64,000 nt of DNA from Candidatus Latescibacterota bacterium (GTDB lineage Bacteria > Latescibacterota > UBA2968): positions 4,448,001-4,512,000 of the forward strand of contig OZ220741.1 of the NCBI GenBank assembly GCA_965116885.1, read 5' to 3'. A model generated the notes under the pieces. That model searched no databases, was not told where the DNA came from, and was given only the letters and a program-made list of their open reading frames with translations. Shown piece after piece: positions 37,232 to 46,911 of the stretch. Within the stretch, counting starts at the first letter, position 1, and the number at the start of each line of letters is the position of its first letter. Both the position numbers and the translations under genes were made by a program.

Positions 37232-39754
37232 CTATAGCCACTCATCCATCCCCGCGTCTTGCAGGGAACCCAACAAATGGGGCACGCCAAAAAACAGCAG
37301 GCTCAAGTACATAGGGCTCATGCCCACTGCGCCGCGCCTTTTGGGATCGTCGCTCCAATCCTGCGATTCTGCCAGGCGGCGCAGCAGTTGTCGCCCCACC
37401 TCCAAATAGCCCCGCTCGCCTGTCAGCCTGTACGCATAGCTCAGGTGGCGACACAGCACCCCGCCGTAGCGCTGCTTCCATGCCATTTCGGGATCGAAAA
37501 CGCCAGGCCCACCGCAAAACCAATCCACGGCCCGCAGATAGCATTTTGCCACATCGGTCCGACCGGTCAGCCGGTGCAGCAATTCGAGACCAATCATTAA
37601 ATAGTGGGTCTGGTAGCCCTTTTGGTCGGCGTAGGACAACACATGCTTGCCCGCGGCAGAAGCCCCGCCCAGAGCCTTGTGCTCGGCCGGGGTAAAAGGT
37701 GCTGCGGTACCCATTTCCACGGCCAGGGTCGTGCCTTCGGTGGCCATGCCGTAGGGCGCCTGGTCCGGCAGCCGATCGGGGGTGGAAACCTGAAAGCGCT
37801 TGTGCCAACTGCCGTCGTCGTTCTGACCCCGGGCGATGACCTGAAAAATTTCTTCGGCGCGCTGTTTGAAACGCGCTTTGCCCGTTAGTTCCCACAAGTA
37901 CAGCAAACCGCGCAAGGTGTTGGCAATGCTGCGCAAACTAAAGGAGAAACGGGGATCTTCGCTCCAGCGATAGCGCAGGAAAAATTCGCCAGCTTCCCCG
38001 AGTACCTCCAATGTCCGGCGGTCGCCCGTCAAGTAGTAATAGTCGATCCAGTTGTCGATAAAGGTGTGCGAAGCGCAAGGCTCGTCGCCAAAGTGGTCGA
38101 TGCTGTGCCGGAAACAACCGCCGACCCAATACGGCCTGAGCGGGTGGTAGTGGCAGGTATCGACATCCATCGAGTGTCGGGTCATCGCCTCACCGAGACG
38201 GAACCAACGCCCTGACCCGCTGCGCAAATACTGGATCCACACCCCGTGGCGCGGGTCCCACTCGCTGTTGCACCAGCCCCACCGCCCCCGGAAGCGCCAG
38301 TCGCCGGTCGATTCCTCCCATGCTACGAGCACATCACCCCAGTCAAAAAAACCGCGCCAGCGGTTGACTTCAATGCTGCGCGCCATCCACTCGAGAAAGC
38401 CGTCGAGCATACGCTCGGAATGCGGGAAGGCATCTACCGCACGGACCGCAAAGCCGCCAGTAACCTGGCAGTGAGCCATCCAGCCGGGATCAACCGCGAC
38501 GTGTGGCCAATCGAGCAAAGCCGTCAGCCGTTGGGGGGCTTCTTCGCTGGTATTGCGTTGGAAATAATCGATAAAAAATTCCGAAGTTTTAGCCGTGCCC
38601 AGGCCATCGCTGTACACGCCTTCTCCCTCGTGCCAGGCCACTTCCTCGGCATAGCGCCTGAAATGCAGTCGCCCACCGTCCGGATCTTTCCACAAAAACA
38701 CGTCGATTCCCCCTCGATCCACACCTATGGCTTTGGGGTATTCCTCAGCCATATAGCGCAACGCCACCCCAACCCCGGCTTCCTCGCCCTCCAACACCGC
38801 CCACCCACCGGCCCGTTCGCCTTCTGCCACCCTCTCTGAGCGTCCGCCGCGCCGCCGTTCCAGGCGGAAGTGGCGATCCTGACGCTGGGCCAAAAGCAGG
38901 CCTTCGTCCTCACCCAAAACACCTTCCATCCATCGATTTCCACCCAGCCGGTAGCGCCGTTTTCCCTCCCACGCCACGGGAATCCGCACGGCCAATTCCC
39001 GCAATTCGGTCTGATTTGGATCGCAGGCCACCACTACGGTGTGCAGGACTCGCAAAAAGGCGTGGCCGGCAAAGGCGTATATCCGCGTCACGAAACGAAA
39101 GGGTTGGTAGCCGACGTAGTAGTGCATGGGCGCCTCGGATTCCAGGGCGCCTTCGCAGCGGATCACCGCCCGCAAAGGCCCGGATTCTTCCACCTGGACT
39201 CGGTACGCACTTTCCCCCAGCGATGCCCGGCACATCCCGCCCATGCCGTAAATTCGCCGCTGGGTCTCCCCGACTTCAAAAGCCTCGCAAATATCGGCCC
39301 AACTGTCACCGCCTTGCGAACTCACAGCGACTTCTTCGACAAAACCATCGGCCTCCTGCCTCCCCAATGATACCGCGTGTATCAATCCATAGCATCGCCG
39401 ACTCACGGCAAAGCGCAGGGGGCCGGTACACACGACAATGCGCTCGTCGCTCTCGCTTATTTGTAGTCGATTCGCCGGAGCAACGCGAGGGGCTTCACCG
39501 GCATAACACAAGTGGTAAACCGCCGATCCGACCACGTCGGCTTGAAAATCGACCAGGACCCACTTGATACTGCCGTCGGGCCAGTGACTCAGGGAACGAC
39601 TTTGCAGGGTTACAGCTCGTCCCCGAGCATCCTCTAACCACAAATCGGCGCATTCGGCTACATCCCCTTGTGGCAGGGGCACGCCCCGGGTCACAGGCCA
39701 CGCGCGGCGTTCGATCCCGCTCTCTTCCTGGACAGTCAATGCTATACGTTGCAT
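37232..39754 (-). CDS. PcRGLX/YetA-like (exo-rhamnogalacturonan lyase-like) protein
   Basis: N-terminal PVTRGVPLPQG..WPDGSIKW, VEESGPLRAVI, G.FDWGD, W.N.E.D, H.MDVD; RBS ggagg before ATG 39754. Confidence 0.65.
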   Translation of the reverse strand: MQRIALTVQEESGIERRAWPVTRGVPLPQGDVAECADLWLEDARGRAVTLQSRSLSHWPDGSIKWVLVDFQADVVGSAVYHLCYAGEAPRVAPANRLQISESDERIVVCTGPLRFAVSRRCYGLIHAVSLGRQEADGFVEEVAVSSQGGDSWADICEAFEVGETQRRIYGMGGMCRASLGESAYRVQVEESGPLRAVIRCEGALESEAPMHYYVGYQPFRFVTRIYAFAGHAFLRVLHTVVVACDPNQTELRELAVRIPVAWEGKRRYRLGGNRWMEGVLGEDEGLLLAQRQDRHFRLERRRGGRSERVAEGERAGGWAVLEGEEAGVGVALRYMAEEYPKAIGVDRGGIDVFLWKDPDGGRLHFRRYAEEVAWHEGEGVYSDGLGTAKTSEFFIDYFQRNTSEEAPQRLTALLDWPHVAVDPGWMAHCQVTGGFAVRAVDAFPHSERMLDGFLEWMARSIEVNRWRGFFDWGDVLVAWEESTGDWRFRGRWGWCNSEWDPRHGVWIQYLRSGSGRWFRLGEAMTRHSMDVDTCHYHPLRPYWVGGCFRHSIDHFGDEPCASHTFIDNWIDYYYLTGDRRTLEVLGEAGEFFLRYRWSEDPRFSFSLRSIANTLRGLLYLWELTGKARFKQRAEEIFQVIARGQNDDGSWHKRFQVSTPDRLPDQAPYGMATEGTTLAVEMGTAAPFTPAEHKALGGASAAGKHVLSYADQKGYQTHYLMIGLELLHRLTGRTDVAKCYLRAVDWFCGGPGVFDPEMAWKQRYGGVLCRHLSYAYRLTGERGYLEVGRQLLRRLAESQDWSDDPKRRGAVGMSPMYLSLLFFGVPHLLGSLQDAGMDEWL

Positions 39755-39872
39755 ATCTTCCTCCGCTTGTGAACACACTGGATATTTTAAAACAGCTACT
39801 CAAAAAATGCCAACATTTTACGCACTGCATTTGGACAAATTGACAATGCACAAACGCAAACCTTTCTTGTAC

Positions 39873-39901
39873 TTGACTCACAGCCCAAAAGCTGGTATTG
39901 T
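39873..39901 (+). promoter_or_regulatory. Putative sigma70 promoter of ctaB
   Basis: TTGACT-N17-TATTGT with TGn extension. Confidence 0.5.
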
Positions 39902-39960
39902 TATGGCTTCTGAAAATAAGTGGTGCTTTTGATCAAACCCTTTTTTTGAGAATATCCTTT

Positions 39961-40842
39961 ATGAACGCCGAACTGGTACATGCAAAAACATTTGTGAATG
40001 ACTTATTTGTTTTAATTAAATTTCGGATTGGACTAATGGTCGTGTTCAGCACTTCTGTGGGATATGTGCTGGGCATGGGATATGTTCCCGATCCAATTCA
40101 CATCTTCCATGTGCTATTCGCCACATTTTTGACCACTTCTGGCACGGGTGTTTTGAACCAGTTTATGGAGCGCGAGCGCGATGCGAGAATGGGACGCACG
40201 GCTGACCGACCACTGCCTGCGGGACGCATTGCGCCAGAATTGGCCTGTTGGTTCGGGCTAATTTTAAGTGGTATGGGCATTGTCTATCTGGGAGTACTCG
40301 TCAATGTTTTGACCGCGCTGATGGGCTTGTTAACCGTAGTGATATATTTGCTTCTCTATACGCCCTTAAAGCCCAAAACACCGCACAATACAGCTATTGG
40401 GGCCATCGCTGGTGCACTGCCGCCAGTGGGTGGATGGACCGCAGCAACAGGCGTTTTGAGTGGCGAAGCACTGGCACTGTTTGGCATTTTGTTTTTGTGG
40501 CAATTTCCCCATTTTTTGTCTATTGCCTGGCTTCACCGAGAAGATTACGCACGAGGTGGGTTTCGCATGCTGCCCATAGAAGACCCACAAGGCCATAGAA
40601 CCGCCCATCAAGTGGTGCTTTATACCCTGGTCTTGTTGTCGTGCAGCCTGATGCCAGCGCTATTGGGTATGGCTGGTGTGGCGTATTTTGGGGTTGCCAT
40701 ATTACTCGGCCTTGGCCTGTTGTACGCCAGTTTGACCTTCGCGCAGTCGCGCACAGATATGCAAGCACGCCGCCTGATGCGGGCAACGCTCATATATCTG
40801 CCGGTGTTGTGGACAGTAATGATGTTGGACAAAATTGCGTAA
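39961..40842 (+). CDS. ctaB: Protoheme IX farnesyltransferase (heme O synthase)
   Basis: NQFMERERDARMGRTADRPLPAG, YTPLK, WQFPHF, EDY.RGG. Confidence 0.95.
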   Translation: MNAELVHAKTFVNDLFVLIKFRIGLMVVFSTSVGYVLGMGYVPDPIHIFHVLFATFLTTSGTGVLNQFMERERDARMGRTADRPLPAGRIAPELACWFGLILSGMGIVYLGVLVNVLTALMGLLTVVIYLLLYTPLKPKTPHNTAIGAIAGALPPVGGWTAATGVLSGEALALFGILFLWQFPHFLSIAWLHREDYARGGFRMLPIEDPQGHRTAHQVVLYTLVLLSCSLMPALLGMAGVAYFGVAILLGLGLLYASLTFAQSRTDMQARRLMRATLIYLPVLWTVMMLDKIA

Positions 40843-40876
40843 CAAAAAAAATGTGTATCCGACCTGAAAAAAACAG

Positions 40877-40907
40877 GAGGTGATAGGCTGACCTATCACC
40901 TCTCTTT
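40877..40907 (+). terminator. Hairpin between ctaB and the ABC ATPase gene
   Basis: gaggtgatagg-ctga-cctatcacctc followed by a weak T tract. Confidence 0.55.
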
Positions 40908-40927
40908 GTATGTGCAGGAGCGGTCAA

Positions 40928-41845
40928 GTGCAAGCAGCAATATATGTCGAAAATGTAAGCCACAAATTTGGCGAGCGCATTGCCTTAGATGACATTACGT
41001 TACAGGTAATGCCCGGAGAAATGTACGGCCTTTTAGGCCCAAATGGCAGTGGAAAAACCACCTTATTCCGCATGTTGTGTACGATGCTGCCCCCCGATCA
41101 TGGCAGGATTTGCCTGCTGGATAAAAACGCCAGTGCTGTACGCGCACACATAGGGGTGGTTTTTCAGCATCCCAGCTTAGACGCGCGTTTGACCGTATTG
41201 GAAAATCTACGCCATCAAGGTCATCTCTACGGTTTGAAAGGCCGCCCGCTCTCGCAACGCATCGAAGAAGTACTGGACATGATGGCTCTCACAGACCGCG
41301 CAAAAGACCGGGTGGAAGTACTGTCTGGCGGATTACAGCGGCGCGTTGAACTGTGCAAAAGTTTGTTGCACCATCCCGAAGTATTGATCTTTGATGAACC
41401 CGGCACCGGGCTTGATCCCGGCGCACGACGAAGGTTTTGGGATGATCTGGATATTTTGCGGCGAACCTACGGCACAACACTCGTGCTCACAACCCATTTT
41501 ATGGAAGAGGCCGAGCGCTGTGATCGCATTGGCATTTTAGATCGCGGACGGCTAATTGCCGAAGGCTCGCCCGAGGAATTGAAGCGTACAGTGGGACGCG
41601 AGGTGATCACCCTTGATACACGTGATCCCAAAGGCTTGCAATTGCAAATCGAAAAAATTGTACGCCGCGATATCCAGATCATTGACGGACAGGTGCGTAT
41701 TGCCTGCGATGAAGGACAGCAGTTGTTAGCGCAGCTGTATCCCCTTCTGCAAGAGAAAGTCCAGGCCCTGACCTTGAGTGTCCCCACACTTGAGGATGTT
41801 TTTGTGCAGCGAACAGGACACGGATTTCAAGTGGAGGACCTATAG
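40928..41845 (+). CDS. ABC-2-type exporter ATP-binding protein (DrrA-like)
   Basis: GPNGSGKT, LSGG, IFDEP, TTHFMEEAE; GTG start after aggag. Confidence 0.93.
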   Translation: MQAAIYVENVSHKFGERIALDDITLQVMPGEMYGLLGPNGSGKTTLFRMLCTMLPPDHGRICLLDKNASAVRAHIGVVFQHPSLDARLTVLENLRHQGHLYGLKGRPLSQRIEEVLDMMALTDRAKDRVEVLSGGLQRRVELCKSLLHHPEVLIFDEPGTGLDPGARRRFWDDLDILRRTYGTTLVLTTHFMEEAERCDRIGILDRGRLIAEGSPEELKRTVGREVITLDTRDPKGLQLQIEKIVRRDIQIIDGQVRIACDEGQQLLAQLYPLLQEKVQALTLSVPTLEDVFVQRTGHGFQVEDL

Positions 41846-41850
41846 TGCGA

Positions 41851-42615
41851 ATGGCTTTCTGGTTGCCCGTCGTGTCGCTGTGGCGGCGCGAGTTGGTGCG
41901 CTTTGCTCGAGACCGCAATCGATTATTCGGTGCAATAGGCCAGCCTCTCGTGTTCTGGTTGCTATTGGGCGCTGGTTTTGAAAAGTCTTTCGCGCCCCAG
42001 GGGATTGCCAGTGGATATCTGGAATATATTTATCCGGGAATATTGTTGCTGATTCTATTATTTACAGCGATCTTTTCGACCATTTCTGTAATTGAAGACC
42101 GGCGCGAAGGATTTATGCAATCGGTGCTGGTCGCACCTGTATCGCGGATCGGATTGGTTCTCGGCAAGGTCCTGGGCGGGGGAACCCTGGCATTTTTGGA
42201 AAGCCTGATATTTCTGATATTTCTGGTATTTTTGGATATTCCCATCAGCATTGCGTCTTTGGGCCTGACCCTCATTTTTTTAGCTGTAATGGGCATTGCC
42301 CTCACAGCTTTGGGATTTGCGATAGCCTGGCAGGCTTCATCCACTGCGGGATTTCACGCGGTAATGAATTTGCTTTTATTCCCTATGTGGGTACTATCCG
42401 GCGCATTTTTTCCCGCAGAAGGCGCGGCGCGCTGGCTGGCATATCTGATGGCAATAAATCCATTGACTTATGGTATGGATGGTTTACGCCAATCTCTTTA
42501 TCTAACAACATCCGGTACCAATACCCATTTGTGGTTTTGTGTTATAATAAGTGTGGCATTTGCTGCCCTGACCCTCAGTGCAGCCGTATGGCAGGTATAT
42601 CGGAAAGAGAAATAA
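41851..42615 (+). CDS. ABC-2-type permease
   Basis: Six TM segments, DRREGF..VLVAPVSR, LSGAFFP, NPLTY..DGLR. Confidence 0.92.
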   Translation: MAFWLPVVSLWRRELVRFARDRNRLFGAIGQPLVFWLLLGAGFEKSFAPQGIASGYLEYIYPGILLLILLFTAIFSTISVIEDRREGFMQSVLVAPVSRIGLVLGKVLGGGTLAFLESLIFLIFLVFLDIPISIASLGLTLIFLAVMGIALTALGFAIAWQASSTAGFHAVMNLLLFPMWVLSGAFFPAEGAARWLAYLMAINPLTYGMDGLRQSLYLTTSGTNTHLWFCVIISVAFAALTLSAAVWQVYRKEK

Positions 42616-42680
42616 GTGAGGACTGGGAGAACTTCACAAATTTCTGGAACAGATACTTTATTTAGTTGTTGGATATTGTA

Positions 42681-42708
42681 TTGACAAAATGAATCCTTTG
42701 CGTATGGT
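42681..42708 (+). promoter_or_regulatory. Putative promoter; start site predicted at or near the ATG
   Basis: TTGACA-N16-TATGGT, ATG 6 nt downstream, no SD. Confidence 0.5.
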
Positions 42709-42714
42709 CTTGCC

Positions 42715-43449
42715 ATGCAAAAACTAACGCATCTATTATTTTTTACCTGTGTCTGTATGTCCTGCCTTGGTGGCTGTAGCTTACTCGACCGTCAACAAGG
42801 TCCCAAATTACTGGATTTGCGTACAGATCGCGGGTCCGACCCATCAGTGGGACGCGGGCAGGAAGTGCAAATTACCATCGTGACGGATGATCCAGACAAT
42901 GATGAGTTGGATTTTCGCTGGATTGCTACCGGAGGAGAATTTGCTGCCAGCCGTGCGGATACACTGATTGATCTGTTTCAAGATTCGATTACAGTAGTAT
43001 GGAAAGCACCTATCGAACCCGGCGTTTATGAGTTATTTTTAGAATTTGGGGACGGCCAATCTGAGACACTGGTGACCTCAGGGGTGCGTATTGCCGTAAC
43101 ACAAGCCCCCCCTATTGCTCTTGTCGGTCCAGATCGGGAATTAGATTTTCACGACGCGCTGCGCGTGGTCTTAGATGGCACTGGTAGTTCGGACCCAGAC
43201 CAGGACGCGCTGATGTATTTTTGGAAGCAGATCGCAGGACCGCGTGTGGGATTGCAAAATAGCAGTGGCCCATCTCCCGAGTTTCCGGTGCCTGCACCGG
43301 CGGACTACATTTTTGAATTGCGCGTAGCGGACTTGATACAAGGTGTGGGCGATACGAGCAATGTGGCAGTAACGCGTGTTCGCGTAACAGACCGCGGTGG
43401 GCGTGTGACCGAAACAGGCCTGACTCAGTTATTGGAGCGCGGGCAGTAA
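42715..43449 (+). CDS. Lipoprotein with Ig/PKD-like domains
   Basis: Lipobox LGGC; DPDNDELDFRW and VLDGTGSSDPDQDALMYFWKQIAGP. Confidence 0.75.
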   Translation: MQKLTHLLFFTCVCMSCLGGCSLLDRQQGPKLLDLRTDRGSDPSVGRGQEVQITIVTDDPDNDELDFRWIATGGEFAASRADTLIDLFQDSITVVWKAPIEPGVYELFLEFGDGQSETLVTSGVRIAVTQAPPIALVGPDRELDFHDALRVVLDGTGSSDPDQDALMYFWKQIAGPRVGLQNSSGPSPEFPVPAPADYIFELRVADLIQGVGDTSNVAVTRVRVTDRGGRVTETGLTQLLERGQ

Positions 43450-43482
43450 AAGAAAGCGCGAGCCTCTATCTCTACAGGGATT

Positions 43483-43511
43483 AAAGAGCAGGTAATTACC
43501 TGCTCTTTTTT
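43483..43511. terminator. Bidirectional terminator between convergent genes
   Basis: Perfect 26-bp palindrome aaagagcaggtaattacctgctcttt plus T run. Confidence 0.8.
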
Positions 43512-43513
43512 AT

Positions 43514-45640
43514 TTAAAACAGACGGAGTTGATCGCGTGCGATGGGTTGGATCAGGGGAAACAGACGGCGAAATTCGCCATCGGGAAATAGAACGCGAAA
43601 ACGCTCGGCCATATCGTGCAATCTGCGCAGTAAATAGCCCCGATCTTCGTCGTGAGTAAAAAATTCCGCGCGGGAAAGGGAGCCATCCTGACACTGGTAA
43701 ACCGCGATCCGATCGCCAATACGACAGCCTTTGGCAGCCGTGGCAAGCCGGCTCAAGTTCGGGTTTGAAAAGGTTTTTTTAGTAATGCGCTCAAACCGAC
43801 AAAAATCATCGGGATCAATCTTGCCGTCTTGTAACTTGCGCCCAAGGGATAGATATGCTCGATAAACAGCTTCTGTATCGCCATTGACGAGCAAGGGTGC
43901 GATCTGTGCAATAAATTGGCGAAAAATGCGTTCATCGCGACGGCTTCGCAGGCTACTGCCCACAAGCGATACACCGCCGTTGTAATTGACGAGAATATAA
44001 TTTTTTGCCTTGAGACTGATCATCCCCTTAAAGCGACCATCGTGCGAAAGATGAATGCCGCGGGGCAAAGTAGCTGAAATCTCTTCAATGAGCTGTTTCT
44101 CATCGGCCTCTGTTTTGACATGCGGGGGCGCGACAAAGTAAGCCCCATCGGTATCCACTTCTATAATTTCCCCACCGGCATCGCGCAACTCAGACACGAG
44201 TTGGCGGGCGATTTTCTGGCCGATTACAGTAACTTTTTCCGCGGCGTGGTAGTCATTAAAACACGCGCGTCCGTATCCCAGATATCCGTAAAAAGAATTG
44301 ATGAGAATTTTGTAGCTGCCCTGCAACCCATTCCAGTATGCGCGATCGGTTTCGTCACGCGCGCCTTGAAAATTGGTCTTGGCCTCAAGGCGTCGCTGCG
44401 TGAGATGTTCGAGCATGGGCAAAAAAGCATTTTCAGTGTCAGTCGCCGGGCGGATCTGTTGGGTTAACATAATCGATGGATAAAGACTTTCCACATCGGC
44501 TTTGACCACGCGCTTAAAAATGCCCGAAGCCACGAGTCGCGTATAGCCTCCGCTAAAGCCCTTTGAGGGGCGCGGTTTGGGAATGGCGAGATTGCGCCGC
44601 AAATAAAGCCCAACCATCAGGGCGTTGATTTTCTCTCCTGGCCCGCTGAGTGCGGCGTCTTGAAAGCCATAAGGCAAGATCTGTGTCTGATAAAATTCGG
44701 TGGGAACGACCACCTCGCTTAGTGCTTTGACATCGCGCACATCGTCGAGCGCGTAGTTGATGAGACGTTGCGGATTGGTGCGCCATGTGCGGGCAATATC
44801 TTCTCCATCGACAAACGTGCGCCCCGCCCGTTCAAGCCCGAGTGCGTGGATGACCTGCTTGAGGCCATAGCGCTCCAGCTTACCCCCGGTATCGTAACGC
44901 TGCACTTGCTGTAGAGTATCGATAATATGTCGCCCATGGACATAAGCCGGGCGAAAGCCCGGGATTTGTGCCCCAACTTTGAAGACGCGCTGTCCATGCC
45001 CCGCGCGCAATGCCGACCCGTCTCTCCCCCATGTGAGGGCAATACCATAGTGCTGGGCACGCGCGACGAGATAGGGCAAATCAAACTCAAAAATATTGTG
45101 TCCTTCAATCGTATCGGGGTTGCGCGCATCAATTACTTTGTTGAGGTTGCGGAGCAGATCTGCCTCACTCATATCCGTAGCACTCAATACAGTCTCATAT
45201 CCCTGAGAATCGGAAACTGAGATGAGAATGATTTGTGCATCGGGTGCCGCAGGATTGAGCGTGAGGGTCTCGATATCGAGTTGTAAGCGGTGGAGATCAC
45301 CGTAGCGCATCTCTCGAAAGAGGGTTTGTCCCGAAAGCGTCAGATGCTGCCGCACGGGATTGTTGAAGTTAAAATGCGGTATGCCATCCTGGGCGAGGCG
45401 GTCTCGTGCTGCGAGAAAATGGGACCAATTGTGGAAGTGTATCCGCGCGCGAAATTCGCCGCCTCCTTTGAGACGCACGCAATCCGAAACCCCGACAAGG
45501 CCAGACCGAGCGGACTCTTCGGGTGTCTCAACGAGCAACCACGGGGCAAAGGGTTGCAGGTGGCAATTATCGCGCGTGTAGAGCGCCATCTGGGTTCCGC
45601 CGACAAGTTCGGCAGCGAGAACACCGGGGAGATAAGCCAT
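43514..45640 (-). CDS. polB: Family-B DNA polymerase with 3'-5' exonuclease
   Basis: Exo DIET, GHNIFEFD, YALDD; Pol DVESLYPS, KILINSFYGY, DTDG; C-terminal QLRLF; RBS ggag before ATG 45640. Confidence 0.92.
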   Translation of the reverse strand: MAYLPGVLAAELVGGTQMALYTRDNCHLQPFAPWLLVETPEESARSGLVGVSDCVRLKGGGEFRARIHFHNWSHFLAARDRLAQDGIPHFNFNNPVRQHLTLSGQTLFREMRYGDLHRLQLDIETLTLNPAAPDAQIILISVSDSQGYETVLSATDMSEADLLRNLNKVIDARNPDTIEGHNIFEFDLPYLVARAQHYGIALTWGRDGSALRAGHGQRVFKVGAQIPGFRPAYVHGRHIIDTLQQVQRYDTGGKLERYGLKQVIHALGLERAGRTFVDGEDIARTWRTNPQRLINYALDDVRDVKALSEVVVPTEFYQTQILPYGFQDAALSGPGEKINALMVGLYLRRNLAIPKPRPSKGFSGGYTRLVASGIFKRVVKADVESLYPSIMLTQQIRPATDTENAFLPMLEHLTQRRLEAKTNFQGARDETDRAYWNGLQGSYKILINSFYGYLGYGRACFNDYHAAEKVTVIGQKIARQLVSELRDAGGEIIEVDTDGAYFVAPPHVKTEADEKQLIEEISATLPRGIHLSHDGRFKGMISLKAKNYILVNYNGGVSLVGSSLRSRRDERIFRQFIAQIAPLLVNGDTEAVYRAYLSLGRKLQDGKIDPDDFCRFERITKKTFSNPNLSRLATAAKGCRIGDRIAVYQCQDGSLSRAEFFTHDEDRGYLLRRLHDMAERFRVLFPDGEFRRLFPLIQPIARDQLRLF

Positions 45641-45687
45641 TGTGTTGCTCCAATTTGTTGCGGGAGAAGGGGAAAGCAACTTGTTTT

Positions 45688-45716
45688 AATATAGCCAATT
45701 TTTACCCGCTCTGCAA
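45688..45716 (-). promoter_or_regulatory. Putative polB promoter
   Basis: TTGCAG-N17-TATATT. Confidence 0.5.
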
Positions 45717-45765
45717 TGTGGGGAGTTCTAAACCACGCAATCGCATATTCTGCCAGACCTTTTGA

Positions 45766-45794
45766 TTGACGTATAAATCTGTGAAGGCTATGTT
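45766..45794 (+). promoter_or_regulatory. Putative promoter of the TlpA-like gene
   Basis: TTGACG-N17-TATGTT. Confidence 0.55.
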
Positions 45795-45848
45795 ATATGG
45801 AACCTGGAAGACGCTATTGCGTAAAAAGTCCAGAAAAGGAGATTTCCC

Positions 45849-46820
45849 ATGAATAATATACTGTTCAACATCGCGGTGATGTTTATTGCAGGAACAGTGG
45901 CTATTGGCTGTAGTGCTAATAACCAAACACCTGCTGATCAAACCAAAGGTGGCATTACTATAACCGATACCAGCAAAGTGTCGGGCACGATCGTGCAGAT
46001 GAGCGATGGGCGCACAATCGCAATACGTAACCCTGGTCAAGCTCAGGTCCTGGTAATTGAAGGCCGCGACGTAACGCCGAATTCTGCTCCCCTGGGCGAT
46101 GCGCGAATAACCGGTGTTGCGACTCACAACGGACAGCCTGTTTCAGATGTTTATGTAAGTAGCCATATTTTAGCAGATGATCCTGATAATTTTGTTTCAC
46201 TAACCGGCGCTAAAACAGACAAAGAGGGACGGTTTGAGTTGCGCGATCTCCCTTCTGCGCTCATTTCCATCAGGTTTTACAAAATGTCCCCTTCCGGTTC
46301 TGGTGGAAAACGCTGCAAAATCGATACGGTCGATCTGACAAATAAAAAAGAATTGAGTTATATGGCGGAATTGGAAATGGAGGAACGCGCGACTTTGAGC
46401 GTGGGAGATATAGCCCCAGAATTTGAGGCCCAGCGACTGGATGACTCAACCTTCCGACTCGCAGATTATCGAGGCAAAAAAGCCGTGTTAATCGACTTTT
46501 GGGCAACGTGGTGTGGCCCGTGCATTGATGAAATTCCAATGATTAAAAGCATTGCCGAAACATATCGAGATCAGGGCCTGGAAGTCGTGGGCGTGAGTTT
46601 GGATTACGATGAGCAGGCACTGCGAGATTTTGTGAAAGAAGAAAAGCTGAGCTATGTGCAGGTATTTGACAAAGAAAAGGCGCAGACAATTTCAAAATCC
46701 TACGGTGTATGGGGAATTCCGTCGGTATTTCTTGTAGATAAAAATGGCGTCATTAACGCGATGAAGTTGCGCGGAAATCGCACAAAAGAGGCTGTGAAGA
46801 AGTTATTAGATGCAAACTAA
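45849..46820 (+). CDS. TlpA/ResA-family thioredoxin-fold lipoprotein with Ig-like domain
   Basis: Lipobox-like AIGC; APEF, VLIDFWATWCGPC, YGVWGIPSVFLVD. Confidence 0.88.
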   Translation: MNNILFNIAVMFIAGTVAIGCSANNQTPADQTKGGITITDTSKVSGTIVQMSDGRTIAIRNPGQAQVLVIEGRDVTPNSAPLGDARITGVATHNGQPVSDVYVSSHILADDPDNFVSLTGAKTDKEGRFELRDLPSALISIRFYKMSPSGSGGKRCKIDTVDLTNKKELSYMAELEMEERATLSVGDIAPEFEAQRLDDSTFRLADYRGKKAVLIDFWATWCGPCIDEIPMIKSIAETYRDQGLEVVGVSLDYDEQALRDFVKEEKLSYVQVFDKEKAQTISKSYGVWGIPSVFLVDKNGVINAMKLRGNRTKEAVKKLLDAN

Positions 46821-46856
46821 ATCTCCTGCTTCATTTTAAACTTCTAATACCCATTC

Positions 46857-46885
46857 AACCGCCCGGTAACAACGGGCGGTTTTTT
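46857..46885 (+). terminator. Intrinsic terminator
   Basis: aaccgcccg...cgggcggtt followed by tttt. Confidence 0.85.
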
Positions 46886-46911
46886 ATACCTGCTGAATAT
46901 TTGAAAATTAT

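Noticed and set aside
43514..45640. Prophage, casposon or pipolin polymerase
   Set aside because: No structural, integrase or cas1 genes and no att or terminal repeats seen; carries a host clamp motif
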